DNA of 64,000 bases from the NCBI GenBank assembly GCA_964304625.1, contig OZ199839.1:92577-156576 (forward strand), written 5' to 3'. Position 1 is the stretch's first letter. Each line of letters opens with the position of its first letter. Both the position numbers and the translations under genes were made by a program. Under the pieces are notes generated by a model. The model saw nothing but the letters and a program-made list of their open reading frames with translations. It did no database searches and was not told the origin of the DNA. Below, piece by piece: positions 15,201 through 26,840 of this stretch. Origin of the DNA: Kudoa neothunni (Eukaryota; Animalia; Cnidaria).

Positions 15201-16273
15201 GTTCAATTTTTATGTACTGTTGAACAAAACCTATTAGTTATTAGTATGTGTTAGAATAATTAAGTTGCTAAGTAATTATTGTTCGGGCTGAATTATTCAA
15301 TGTATGCTTTAGTTGTTTGAGCATATTTTTAAGAATTATACACAGCTCGATTAAGATGAGGAGGATTATGTTGAAACATTCTTTCTGTCTTACAAATATT
15401 AATATTTGTCGAAAGAAGGGAGATGAAATGTGGATTAATAATGATTAAGCTTGAAATTTCATCGTTGAAAATTTCGAAAATTTTTAAACTTAAAACGCAC
15501 ACATGAAAAATTTCTGTTTTGTTTTATATTTGAAATAATACCGTGTGGATCTCTCCATATACTGTATTTCTTTCAACGTCTGTGTTAACGTATGTTTTTT
15601 AAAATTCTTAAATATAACATGGTAATATTTGAGGTAGTTATTCTAGTTATCAAATTAAAATTTGAAATGTAGTATTTACTATTCGTAACACTAAAAGTAG
15701 AGTTCATTAAAGTGATGTTATGCGCACATATTGATTAAATCTATACAATTTTTTTGATAAGTTCAATCCATTTGCTTACCGAGACCCTCGAAAAATATTA
15801 GCACACCAATATCCTTACTATGAATTAATTTTTAGGGTATGTGCTACAACGATATGGTTGATCAGATCAAATCCCGTCTCACATGCTACCCTAATGAATT
15901 TTTAAATAAGGTATTCAAACAATCGAAAATTATTTTTAGTTATTATTACTAAAATAGTGCTCTTTATTTGTTCTACGTCCCCAGCAGGTTCAGTGCTTCC
16001 CGCCACCTGACGGTATGTGTATCTATATTTTGTCAATATTAACTAATCTTTCGTCGTAATTTTGTAGACTTGGAGGGAATAATGAAAGAATTCCCATTCG
16101 AACAAATGTTCCCTTACCAATCGGATCAGAATTTGGATGATGCTGAGGATTATGACGTTTCGTGTATTTTCTCGTCCAGTGTTGTTATTGGTGTAAATAT
16201 GAACACAACCGACACTACCCCAACTTATAGCACCGCCACTCGAAACAGCGCGGCATTAAGAATTGGAAAATGA
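9278..16273 (+). CDS. USP7: Ubiquitin carboxyl-terminal hydrolase 7-like (MATH + peptidase C19 + UBL tail), 7 exons, ~1243 aa
   Basis: Hand-spliced exons 9278-9343, 9401-9767, 10375-13289, 13335-13382, 15836-15910, 15958-16012 and 16068-16273 join in frame. MATH domain (HLSIYVQC...WHCYAKCKVTL...KDNDFGYSEF). Catalytic motifs: Cys box GLLNLGATCYMNSLLQ, QHDVQE, His box VLVHIGGINSGHYVVYI, WLKFDDD. The C-terminal region (FVGIPFLIRI, terminal ALRIGK) resembles the USP7 tail. Confidence 0.93.
14045..15064 (-). mobile_element. Non-autonomous hAT element inside USP7 intron 4
   Basis: TIRs caggggtggcca / tggccacccttg (11/12), 8-bp TSD gtatgtat / gtatatat (7/8). Internal minus-strand hAT C-terminal remnant CESIWSTMKFVKSR...LRELIRTGLTAYEP. 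Confidence 0.85.
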
Positions 16274-17365
16274 TTCTTAATGCACGGTCATCTGCATAAA
16301 TTTTGTGTGCATGTATGAATTTGCTGTTCTATTTTCTTATCTTTTTCCATCTTCATTTTGTTTCCTACCATCTAATGTTGTTTCTCACTTCCAATAATTC
16401 CGATTCAAGTGGTGGTTCTTCTTATGTTGTGTAACTGTGTGCATATTTAGTAGACATTTTTAAATTTTTACGTGTTCTCATGTTCGTGCTGATTGGTTTG
16501 TTTTCCGATTAAAATTTCTTGTTTTTAAGCTAAAATTATTGTGGCATTGGCCGTTCTCAAATGGTTAGGTAATGTTAGTAATGCAGGCAGTGGAGAATTA
16601 GAATTAGTACTAGAAAACGTGTTTGAGGTTGATAATTTTGAAAACTTAGATCAGCTTTGGATTTACCCAAAAAGCAAGTCAATTTCCTTCTAATCAAAAA
16701 ATTTAAACTTTAATATGGAATAAAATAAGTTGTTTGTTGGAGAGGTAAAAATCTTTATGTAACTTATTAAATTTTCTCCTTGAATGTTCTAGGTAGCGCA
16801 ACTTTTAAGATATAACCCCTCACCCTATCTTTCTGCTATAATGTGAGGGTGAACATCTTGTCTCAGGAAACTAACATTTGAAACTCAACACCTTAAAGAG
16901 CGTTGTCTTTGTGGAGCCTGTCGATTTTTGATCGTCCAATACGTACGCCCCAACGATTCAAACGTCTAAACTGATTTTCTGGACTGGATCGTACTATAAT
17001 TACAGCATCAAATATGGAATAAGGATTCACTGTGCAAAAGTAGTAACCTGTCTAAGAAGAGGTTGAACTCACGACCTAGTAGTAGAAATGTATCCATCTT
17101 TTTCTGGATGGGTACCCGACTTGGAAAGCTAATGGCTGCTCATCTATCATTTATTTTTACTTGGAGAAATGTATTTGTCCCACACCTCCCACTAATATGA
17201 AGTTGATCAACGATTGAACACCTTTACTTTTGGGTTATTTTAAAACTGTTTAAATGTGTAGAACCTAAGTTATAATGAGAGATTGATTTTAAAAACTAAT
17301 TTTTGATAAAATTGTTGACCTTCAACCAAATTAAAAGCTTTGGATTAAGACTTCTCATTATATAA

Positions 17366-17632
17366 CCTATAACGGTTTTCATATTTAAATCTATAAAAAA
17401 TTTAAACTGCAAACAGAGAATAATTATTAATGATAAATCCTAAAATATTTCTTATATAATCCTTTGGAAAGTTTGAAAATAATTCAAAATACAAAAGTGC
17501 CGAAAAGGGTACGATAAACGACCAACGTGCATCTCTCTGATTTATCGCTGGGGCGTTTGCATCGAGGAAAAATACTATAATATATAAATAATACGACAAA
17601 ATATTATGACTTACGATAAATCTTTGAGAATT

Positions 17633-17668
<36 letters not shown>

Positions 17669-19720
17669 TTTGCACATTAGACACAAATAGATAGTGTTCT
17701 ATACAAACGGCGCATTTGTGTCTTTTATTCAATGAGTCGGTGAACATGGTTAGGCAATCACATAACCAAGCAGCGTGAATATTTTCTAGTGATGATCTTC
17801 TAATAATTTTTTTAGTGCGGTCGGTTCCGATCATATTGGCCACAATGCGCCTAATATGAGCCAATAGTCTTATGTTGCATTTATTCTTATAATTTAGCCA
17901 TTTGCAGGAATTGACCGCTGCGATTGAGATGATATTCGTAAATAAGGGTCATCGCCACTTTTTGGAACGAATTTTCACTCTGTAACCGGATATATTATTG
18001 TCCGTAATGTCAATTCCTCCCATATGTTTGTTATACATATGAGACATGTCTGGTTTATCGTCACACACCACTTTCTGATTTAACAATAACGTTTTGAATG
18101 TTGAGTCGACTCAACAGAAAGCATATCGCTGAGAAAGTCAGTTAGTTGCGATCGTTCCAATAAACATCCATTTTCTTGGTTGAGAAATCTTCGTAAGTCT
18201 CATAAAAACCTCTAGGTTTCTTTTCCATTATCCTAGGATCTATCGATGGGCATTTAAATGTCCGCTTCAACTTCATTGTTCCCATGGCACTTGCATCTCT
18301 CTTCTTCATTTCAGCCGTTAATTTATGAGATGAAAAAATTATCCAGAAAAAATGAACATCACTTCTTTCACCAAACTCTTTGATTAATTTTAACACAGTA
18401 CTACCACCTAAACCAAAACATTTGCAATACGATTCTAACCTACCAGAGTACACATTAAAGCTGTACATATAACCATTAAAAGATGCTAAAACCCATTATT
18501 TCTTTAAGCCAAACCAAAATGGTTTCTCTTACGTGCACATTTGACAGGTATAATGACCTGTGTATGGTATCATATGCTCGTCAATTGCAAAATTATGAAA
18601 AAAGCAAATTTTTCAAGATTTCTATTCATTCTTTCAAGTAATGGCCTTACTTTGAAAAGTTTATCATTTTTAACCGACTTTGAATTGTCGTTAAATGTAA
18701 GTATATTTTAATTAATTTGAATCTACTACATGGCATTGACTTTTTACTAGTTAAACATCGCCGTCCATAGTAGATTTCCATTACATATGTTTCTAGGATA
18801 ATTTATTATATCCCGTTAATAATTAAATTCCGACGAAACACTTGAGTTCCTTTATCATCAAATGAAATTTATGGTTGTTCTTTTGTTTAGCGAACAAATT
18901 TGTTTCCTCGACGATATTGAATAACAAGTTTTCGTCAAAAAATTCTAGATAACTTTCTTACGACTCATACATGTCTAAGCAATCATTGTAGATATTGTCT
19001 GTACTATGGGTTATCATGTCTTCATGTATTGTGTTCATGGATGAACGCAACAAGGGTGATATTATACAATAACGCTCCGCCATTTTCAATATTTTGATCA
19101 TTTTCAAAGTTAACGAAGATTTCTACTTCGCCACATATATCGGGAACAGTTTCAATATTAATATTGGCGTAGTCTCTGTGGACGAATTCTTATTCTTCAT
19201 CAATCAATGTATCCATAAGATTTGGGCTATGACCACAAAATCAATTGTATTTGGTAAGATATCAATATTTTCGATAGCATCGACTAAGTTTCTGTACCTC
19301 ATCTTGAAGCTTTTACTGCGAGATCAACAAAAAGATTAATTGGGAAATCGCACGTCGGTGGTTTACCGTACCCTTTTCGGCACCGTTTTGTTTTGATAGC
19401 TATTTGTAGCCCTCTTATACCTTTTATTTTATTTTCACTTATATTAAACTTTTGTTCATGTGTTATTATATACTGAAAATATAATGTTGATAAATAACAG
19501 TAAAGTGGAATTCCTGTTCTATTTGTCTAGCGTCATATTACAAGGGTAATATAGAACAGTATCTGGCGCAATGTAAAATATATTTAATTAATATTGTTAT
19601 ATTATATTGAAATTATATATGTGAATCATAAATTCTAGAATTACATTATTAAACAAATTATTGTAAATTATAGAGAGGTGTGAAGACATTGCCGAAACGG
19701 GAACGAAAAACCGCTACGGG
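17366..19720 (-). mobile_element. piggyBac transposon, decayed (PGBD2/3-like transposase pseudogene)
   Basis: TIRs cctataacggtttt (17366) and aaaaccgctacggg+TTAA (19721). Transposase fragments MYSFNVYSGR...GLGGSTVL, MGTMKLKR, WNDRN, MGGIDITD, and a Cys-rich C-terminus. Many stops and frameshifts. Confidence 0.85.
17634..17665. repeat. (AT)n microsatellite
   Basis: Direct reading. Others occur at ~44711-44731 and ~54657-54677. Confidence 0.9.
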
Positions 19721-19744
19721 TTAATACTTTAACTGGCGGGTCAG

Positions 19745-20000
19745 ATTAAAAATAAAGATAATTTTTTCTTTTCCAGTTTTTCTAATTAAATAATCTCATT
19801 ATGAAGTGGAGCTGAATGCTTTGATACGACTAAATTTTTTTTATTGAAGTGGTCGTCAAAGGGATATTATAAACAATGAGTTTATATTTTTTACCCGGGG
19901 GTTGTATATAGGGATTAATATTTATTTTAATTTCCCAAGATATTTCTTTTTAATTTAAATTAGCCCACTCCAGAGCAAGGTCGAGGTTTTTACGCTATCT
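19745..20000 (+). mobile_element. Helitron-like 3' fragment (family member 1)
   Basis: Aligns with 32387-32640 and ends in a degenerate GC hairpin followed by a CTA-like terminus. Confidence 0.5.
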
Positions 20001-20328
20001 ATAAACATGGAGTTGTTTTGTTTTTATGTGCTTAATTTAATATTTTTATCAATACGTATGCATCATCATATTGATAACATTCAACTAATGTTTTAAACAA
20101 GGGATTAGTTTCTGCACTGTTTAAATAATGATGATTTTATGGTGTGCAATTTGTAAAATCTCTACAAGTAGAGACAACGTTATGAATTAGGATTAAGTTC
20201 ACTTATTATGCCGAATTAGTTAAATAATTCAAGTTTTATTTGTGTAATCTTTGTATTATTCGTCCAAATACACTTATTTTACTTTTAATTTAAAATAAAT
20301 ATGGCCTACTTAAGACTTTAGCCTACTT

Positions 20329-20371
20329 GGCCGAGCAAGGAAGCCAACGCGAAGCGGGTCTTTTGAGCTAG
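20329..20371 (+). mobile_element. Helitron 3' terminus
   Basis: GC-rich hairpin-like gcgaagcggg followed by ttttgagCTAG|t. Confidence 0.45.
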
Positions 20372-20490
20372 TAATTATATAATTTAATTTTAAAATTACT
20401 GAGTAAAAGAATTTTACTAGTAAATTAAACGATTCTAAATAAGCATTGAATGAAAAAAAGATTATTTCATATAATACTGAATAAAATAAA

Positions 20491-23400
20491 TTAACTAAAA
20501 TTATTGGAACTATCATTTCCTAAGGAAACGAGAATGCATCGTTTATTGGTAGGATTCTTTGCGTAATTTTTTCATGTGATAATATTTTCTACATAATTTT
20601 ATCACAAAAGCATTCAAAGTAAACATACTTTAGGTAAAATGAAATAAGTACTGTGAGGCAAATAATCGCTATGATGCCCAAAGCTAATGAAAAAAATTCA
20701 CCCGGGAAATAACATTGAAAATTTACCTATAAGAGAGTATTTTGCAGGATCACTTAGAGTAGATTTAGTCTTAGGTATTTTAGGATTTTCCGTGGATTCA
20801 GTTGTTGCAGGCGATGTCTCTGGCTTAACCCTTGGTGGCATCGTCCTTGGTGGCATCGTCCTTGGTGGCATCGTCCTTGGTGGCATCGTCCTTGGTGGCA
20901 TCGTCCTTGGTGGCATCGTCCTTGGTGGCATCGTCCTTGGTGGCATCGTCCTTGGTGGTATAGTCCTTGGTGGTATTGTCCTTGGTGGTATAGTCCTTGG
21001 TGGCATCGTCCTTGGTGGCATCGTCCTTGGTGGTATAGTCCTTGGTGGCATCGTCCTTGGTGGCATCGTCCACCTTGTTCTAAAATATACAAAAATTATT
21101 CAAAATCAGTTCTAACACTACAAAGGAATAATAAAGAAAAAACTATTTTAATACATAGGAGTCCTTGAGGTAGTTGATTTCTCTTCTTGTTTGGGAATAT
21201 GGTACAAGGGATCGTACATCTCTGGACTTAAGTAAAGGTTATTAGAATATAAAAACCATTTTGACATACATCAGTGGTTTCACGCATCTTCCACGATCAT
21301 CGCAAACCTACAATACGTTTATATAATTTATTAAATTTTGATAGACCTCATCTTGTTGGCAGAATACGGATTGACAAGGTGTGCCCAGAGGAAATTCCAT
21401 CTCACATCTTCCATCATTACAAACCTAATCATTGACTTCATAATCTAATTTGTATATCATATACCATTCCCGCAGAACAACTGACACCTCGGCAATTGTG
21501 CTCATTTCGAATAGGATCAATACATTTGTGATTGAGACACATCTAAACGAATAACAGTTATCGTTGAAATGAAACATTATTATCATTGATTAATTGTTAT
21601 TTAAAAAATAAATATTTTTAGCTAGAATCTACGAAATTTAAAATTCTTTTTTACATAATTCAAAATTAGTTAACTAATTTATTCTATATAACAAAACAAA
21701 ATATTAACTGTAATTTTATAAAATACTCAAAAATTTTCATTTATTTGACCGTTACCTTACTCCCTCCACATTTGTAACCATTTGGAACAAAAACAAGCTT
21801 CCTTGGTCTTATAGGATTTGGTAGGTTGTAACTAATTTAGTCGAATGCAAATTAATTTCGTGTCAAGTATGAAAGAAAAATAACCGGCAGTTTTCCACTG
21901 TCCCATAAATATTAACGGAGTACTCCCAGTGACCTCCTGGACCAAAAACATCGCAATATAGAAGGCCGCAAGGATGTTCACTAAAAGAAGTCATACAATA
22001 ATCCATCCGAAATAAAATACCCATAATTGTTGCAAATCTTTTGATCGTATTTAAAGTGTGATTTATCATGGCAGTATTTGCTTTTATAGATGGCATATGC
22101 ATCCAAACATCTAGTGGTTAAAGAAGCTCCTATATTTAGATATATTATAGTTTTCCTAATGCAAAATTATTATATTTTTAAGAAAATAGATAATTTAAAT
22201 AGAAATGTTAATTGGCATATAACCTGTCTTCATAGATTGAGCGCATTGGTTGTGTTCATCCGCGCACTGACCACCCACACAATACCCCTGTATTTGAATA
22301 AGTTTTATTATGAGCACGCTAATGAAATAAATTCTACATACAAATCGACAGCTTGAACCATCAGTTTTATGACGATCCTTTGGACACTAAACAAATGGGA
22401 AGTTAACTTCAATGACTAAAAGGACTTTTTCATACAAAGGGGCTTCTTCCACTACACGTTTCAGCTAAGCCACATTCACCGACCGCTTCTCGACAAATTC
22501 TAGTAGTGAACTTTAGAATTTTAATATTAATATAATTTAAACAAGTTTAATGATACTCTGCAATTCTCGCAACATTCTCCATGTGAACATTGGGCATCTC
22601 GTCTAAGTTTACAATTTCGCATATCGCAACATTTATCTTGGTTGGTGAGAATGCAATTAGCTTCAAAACCGCAATCGCATTCCTCCCCAATATCCACTAT
22701 GCCGTTACCACATTTATCAAATTTGGCAAGGTTGAGTTTGTTCTAATGAATTATTCATTATTTTTTAATGTATACCGCTGCCAATAATTCGCTAACATCA
22801 TAGGTTGTATCGTAGTTACATCCTTTAATAAATTGAGTTATTTCAGCGGCCGATGAATGGCTAAAAAATGGTGGAAATTTCGCGGTCCAATTCCTATTAG
22901 TAAGTTATACATATCAATCATACTAAATTATATTTGAATGATTACCAATTTTTACGTTTATGATTCATAAGACAATTAGTATTTCCCAAGAAACAATCTC
23001 CTAGAATATTTAATTTAAAATTATAAATTCTTATTTCTTTATATTCGTTTTGGTTAATTTTTTAATATATAATCAAATCAGAATAATCACATCTTATTGC
23101 ATTTAAAAGATTAAATACCTGTGACATTATCATGATCAGAGGAAAACGAGTGCCCAAGCTCATGAGACACAGTCACCGAATTCAAAAGTGGATCATTGGA
23201 ACTTGAAAACTTAAAAATTATATTATTTCTGGATATGGAATTAAATTTTACATCAACAACAAAAAAGTTTGGACTTTTATCACACTTAAAACCACGATCG
23301 GCAATTCCAATGACAGTTTCAGATGTATTTTCTTTATTTCTTCACAGAATACAATTATATGTTATTTTTTTAATCAAAAAATTTGTTAAAAGTTTTAAGT

Positions 23401-24025
23401 TTAGATTTTAATTAATAAAAAATATTCCTACTTCCAAGGAAGGAACATAAGTTAGATTCACTATCTAATATTATATTAAAAATTACAAAAACAAAGCATG
23501 AAATCCGGGTTTTGCTGTTTTTCTGCTGTTAACAATAAACTCTTTCATAATCGCACCCATTACTCGGTTTTGTTGATCGATTTTGTTGTAATAATAAACT
23601 TCTTTGATTATTATTTTTATATTATACCAAGCGTAGGTCTAGAGATTATTACGCAATGTTGAATTGATAAAATCTAAACGATTACTTGTTGCGTAATTTT
23701 CAATGTATCTTCAATAAGTCTTGGATTTTTACTTATCGTGTCACGCTATCTATTCATGTAATGGTGTAATTATTTGTACAAATTACCATCGATATATGAA
23801 TTTGAATGTATAAAGGTATGTATATTGAATTAGGCAGTGGTTTGATTATGTCTCTTTGATAATTTAGGATCTAAAAAAGTTTAGATTGTTAAATGTCACT
23901 TAACCGTACCTCATTATCCCAGTCTCGGCCGTAACCTAACTCTAATAAGATATCATATACAAGTAAAAACTGTCGTTCAATGTACTTATTTGAAAAAAAA
24001 CATAAATGAATGTCCAACCAAACAT
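20491..24025 (-). CDS. ADAM-family (reprolysin M12B) metalloprotease-disintegrin, type I membrane protein, copy A, ~23 exons
   Basis: Minus-strand GT-AG splicing gives an open frame. Signal peptide [16 protein letters not shown]; zinc motif [12 protein letters not shown] (23129-23164); Met-turn CLMN; disintegrin [15 protein letters not shown]...CCDMRNCKL...[11 protein letters not shown]...[16 protein letters not shown]; Cys-rich CGLLYC and VPNGYKCG; two small Cys repeats; 16x (M/I)PPRT stalk; [20 protein letters not shown]; short tail with stop at 20491-20493. Confidence 0.88.
20829..21070 (-). repeat. Coding 15-bp VNTR (ccttggtggcatcgt)x16 encoding the (M/I)PPRT stalk of ADAM copy A
   Basis: Head-to-tail 15-mer array with no spacers. 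It lies in frame in the exon between the Cys repeats and the TM helix. Confidence 0.95.
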
Positions 24026-25399
24026 TATTTTTTAAGAATTAGGACATTTAATCCACGTTTGACTTCCATTAAGCTTATGTTAGGAGATATTCAGCTACAT
24101 ATATTTCTTATGATTTTTAAAAAATGTTGTATTAAAATTGATACCAAAACTTCTCCATTAAAATATTTATATTATGACAGAAACTCAAATCTCTTCATCT
24201 GCTGTATTCAGAAATATCCCACTACTTTTTATTATACTAATTGTTATAAGTAATCTGTTTTGCTGAATAAATTCTCTTCAAAATAAATATTTAATACATT
24301 TTGATCATTATAGATATGACTTTATCACTCAATCAAAATAATATTTTCAACGTTAGAATAAATAATTTCCACAAGTTTTAATCGTTTACCAGTGATAAAT
24401 AATTATTCTAAGCTTTGGTGTGAACGATCTAATTTTTATATGAGGTTTCAAAGTTATTTATATTTGAAAAATTATTCGATTGTAACACAAATCACAAAGG
24501 ATATAGATACAATCTAATTCCGTTTTATGGGCCAATTTTCATCATTATTCAAGAAGTATGTTTATTCGAAAAAATTTAATAATTGGAAATTTTTCATCGA
24601 TAAAATAAAATATACGATATTATGGATACGTGGTTAGAATAAAGAGCAGATTAGAGATACACCCAATTTACCTTAATCACGTTTGCGATTATAGATAATC
24701 TGCAGCATCCGTCCATGTCGAAGTTGACGAATTATATTATGATAATAATAATAGTAGCAACTAAATTCTTCGTATTTTACAATTTTGAAAATTTTGTTCT
24801 GTTCTAGTTTATAATATTTTCTATTTCACGAAAAACTTTATATCAATTTTTAGAAGTTTGTGCGTTTCGGCTAAATGATTATAATTAAAGGAATCTTATT
24901 TGATATAAACATAAGCACATTATATACTTATCATAATGCAATCTTATGGATCTCTTTAGTTCACCTGATTTTGAGATTAGAATTAAGTTATTAATTACTT
25001 CTTATCTCTTTAGTAATCGTTATCATTAAAAAATCAAAAATATAATTAAATTTTGAACCCTTTAATGATTTTTTAATAAGTTATACCTCAACGTGAATTT
25101 GTATTTAGAATATCTCCTTTTCTTTTAATTCAGTTTCCTCATATTTTGGATATATTTTTGACTGGAAATAATTTGTTTTTAACTGAATAAAACTATTAAC
25201 TAATAAATTTTTTATTTCAAAATTATCTTTTAAGTTGTTGATATAAAATTAATTCCACTTTTTTATTTTTTCAATAAACAGAGTATATTTTAAATAGTTA
25301 AATCATGAATTTTTATCGATATAAAACAAATATATTTAAAATAAAATATGAAAAAATCGTGTGTTTGTGTATATTGCAGGTGCGCATTAGTGGATATTT

Positions 25400-26677
25400 C
25401 TAAATGAGTGATGCGAGTGATTTTCTTTACGAATTTTTCTCATCTGGACGAAAATCTAACGGCAAACTATTCATGAACGTGATATATCATACCTGAAAAT
25501 CAATTTAATTTTTAATAAAGATAATAATTGAAGAAGTAAACGTGGAATTATTGGTGGTTTTTTCAAAGTCAGCTAATAAAAAACTCTTGCCAAACATATA
25601 AAGAATTCCAACTGCAATTCTATTTCATCTTTTTAACGATTAAATCAATTAATATTGATTATTTTCTGTCATTATCTGCTCCTAGACATTCCATTCATAG
25701 TACGATTATAGCGTATACAAATACGCATGGAAACCATTATTTCATAGGCGAATGGTACACTATTAGATAAAATTTAATTCCAAGGTTATTTAGACCTTAT
25801 ATTCTTAATAAACTATTCACTGAAATAGACGAGAACTCCTATGCATTATTTTAGGCGTCAATAAAGACAAAGAAATCTACGGAGGATTATTTTCACATAA
25901 GCGATTTACAAAAATTTCGACATACCTCCATTTTGATAACATCAAAACAAGATTAGATCGTAAAATTCAAACATATTTTATCCGATTCACAAGATGTGTG
26001 CTTTTTTTTGACGTATTGCCAAAACGATTTTCGTGATACCCAAAATGTTACATTGAATAAGCAACTTGTATCCTTCAGGGGGAGATGTCCATTTAGTCAA
26101 TATATACCCATGAAACCGGCAAATTATGATATTAAATTTTTTATTGAATCTTACTGCCAACTAACTGTGCCGAATATTAGCATATACCTTGGTAAAAACA
26201 ATTCGGAGGGACCGAAGCAATATATTGTTGATGAAAGTGTAATTATCTTACTATCAAGTCTCTATTCAATTCTGGTATTAATACTGTAACTGATAATTTT
26301 TTCCGTGGCTTTTACTAGCGCAAAAATTATTACAAAAAGGTTAAAGTTTCTGAGGACTTTATGAAAAATCACAAACGAAATACTACCTGGTCTCTTTTCT
26401 TCCAAAATAAAGCTGGCTTTGCACTAGTATGTTTTCTTTTAATGTTAAGTATGCGATAACATCCTATGTTTATAAAAACGATAAAGTTGTCATCATTTCA
26501 TCAACATGTACCATAGGTAACACTTTCAACGATGCATCTACAAATTTTAAACCTCAGACGTTGATACCTTACAATTGAATCTAGAATAGAGTTGATGATG
26601 GAGATGGATTATTGCAAACCGATTCTACGTTTTTTATAAAGGAGATGGTCATTTGTCAACTTTTACAGCTTAATTAA
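25400..26677 (+). pseudogene. Heavily decayed piggyBac (PGBD4-like) transposase, truncated at a TTAA by a nested element
   Basis: TLNKQLVSFRGRCPFSQYIPMKPANYDIKFF (25996-26289), with TDNFF and RRW remnants downstream. Confidence 0.75.
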
Positions 26678-26836
26678 CCTTCCGAGCGCCTTAAAATCGA
26701 CTAAACACTAAACACTTGATGCTTTCGGGGCCAATTTTACCCAAATTTTTATTGCATAATTGAATGCAATAAATAATTATGTAATCGCTGGGAAAATCAA
26801 ATAAAAATTTATGGACAGATTTCTGTTGCATTCCCA
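26678..26836. mobile_element. piggyBac terminal fragment (TIR ccttccgagcgcct)
   Basis: Follows TTAA at 26674. The same TIR occurs inverted at 45308-45321. Confidence 0.7.
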
Positions 26837-26840
26837 CTAA

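Noticed and set aside
20829-21070. CRISPR-like array
   Set aside because: The repeats are head-to-tail with no spacers, there are no cas genes, and the context is eukaryotic.
20687-21115. Plus-strand (GGIVL)n ORF and the other minus frames (QGRCH)n / (DDATK)n, also at 34985-35314
   Set aside because: These are shadows of a stop-free 15-bp tandem. Only the MPPRT frame splices in frame with the flanking ADAM exons.
24670-24780. Possible upstream signal-peptide/prodomain exon of the ADAMs (also 38910-39000)
   Set aside because: No usable in-frame ATG before the hydrophobic run, an in-frame TAA in copy A, and no open exon chain linking it to 24025. A good signal peptide already starts at 24025/38250. 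Decayed ancestral exons cannot be fully excluded.
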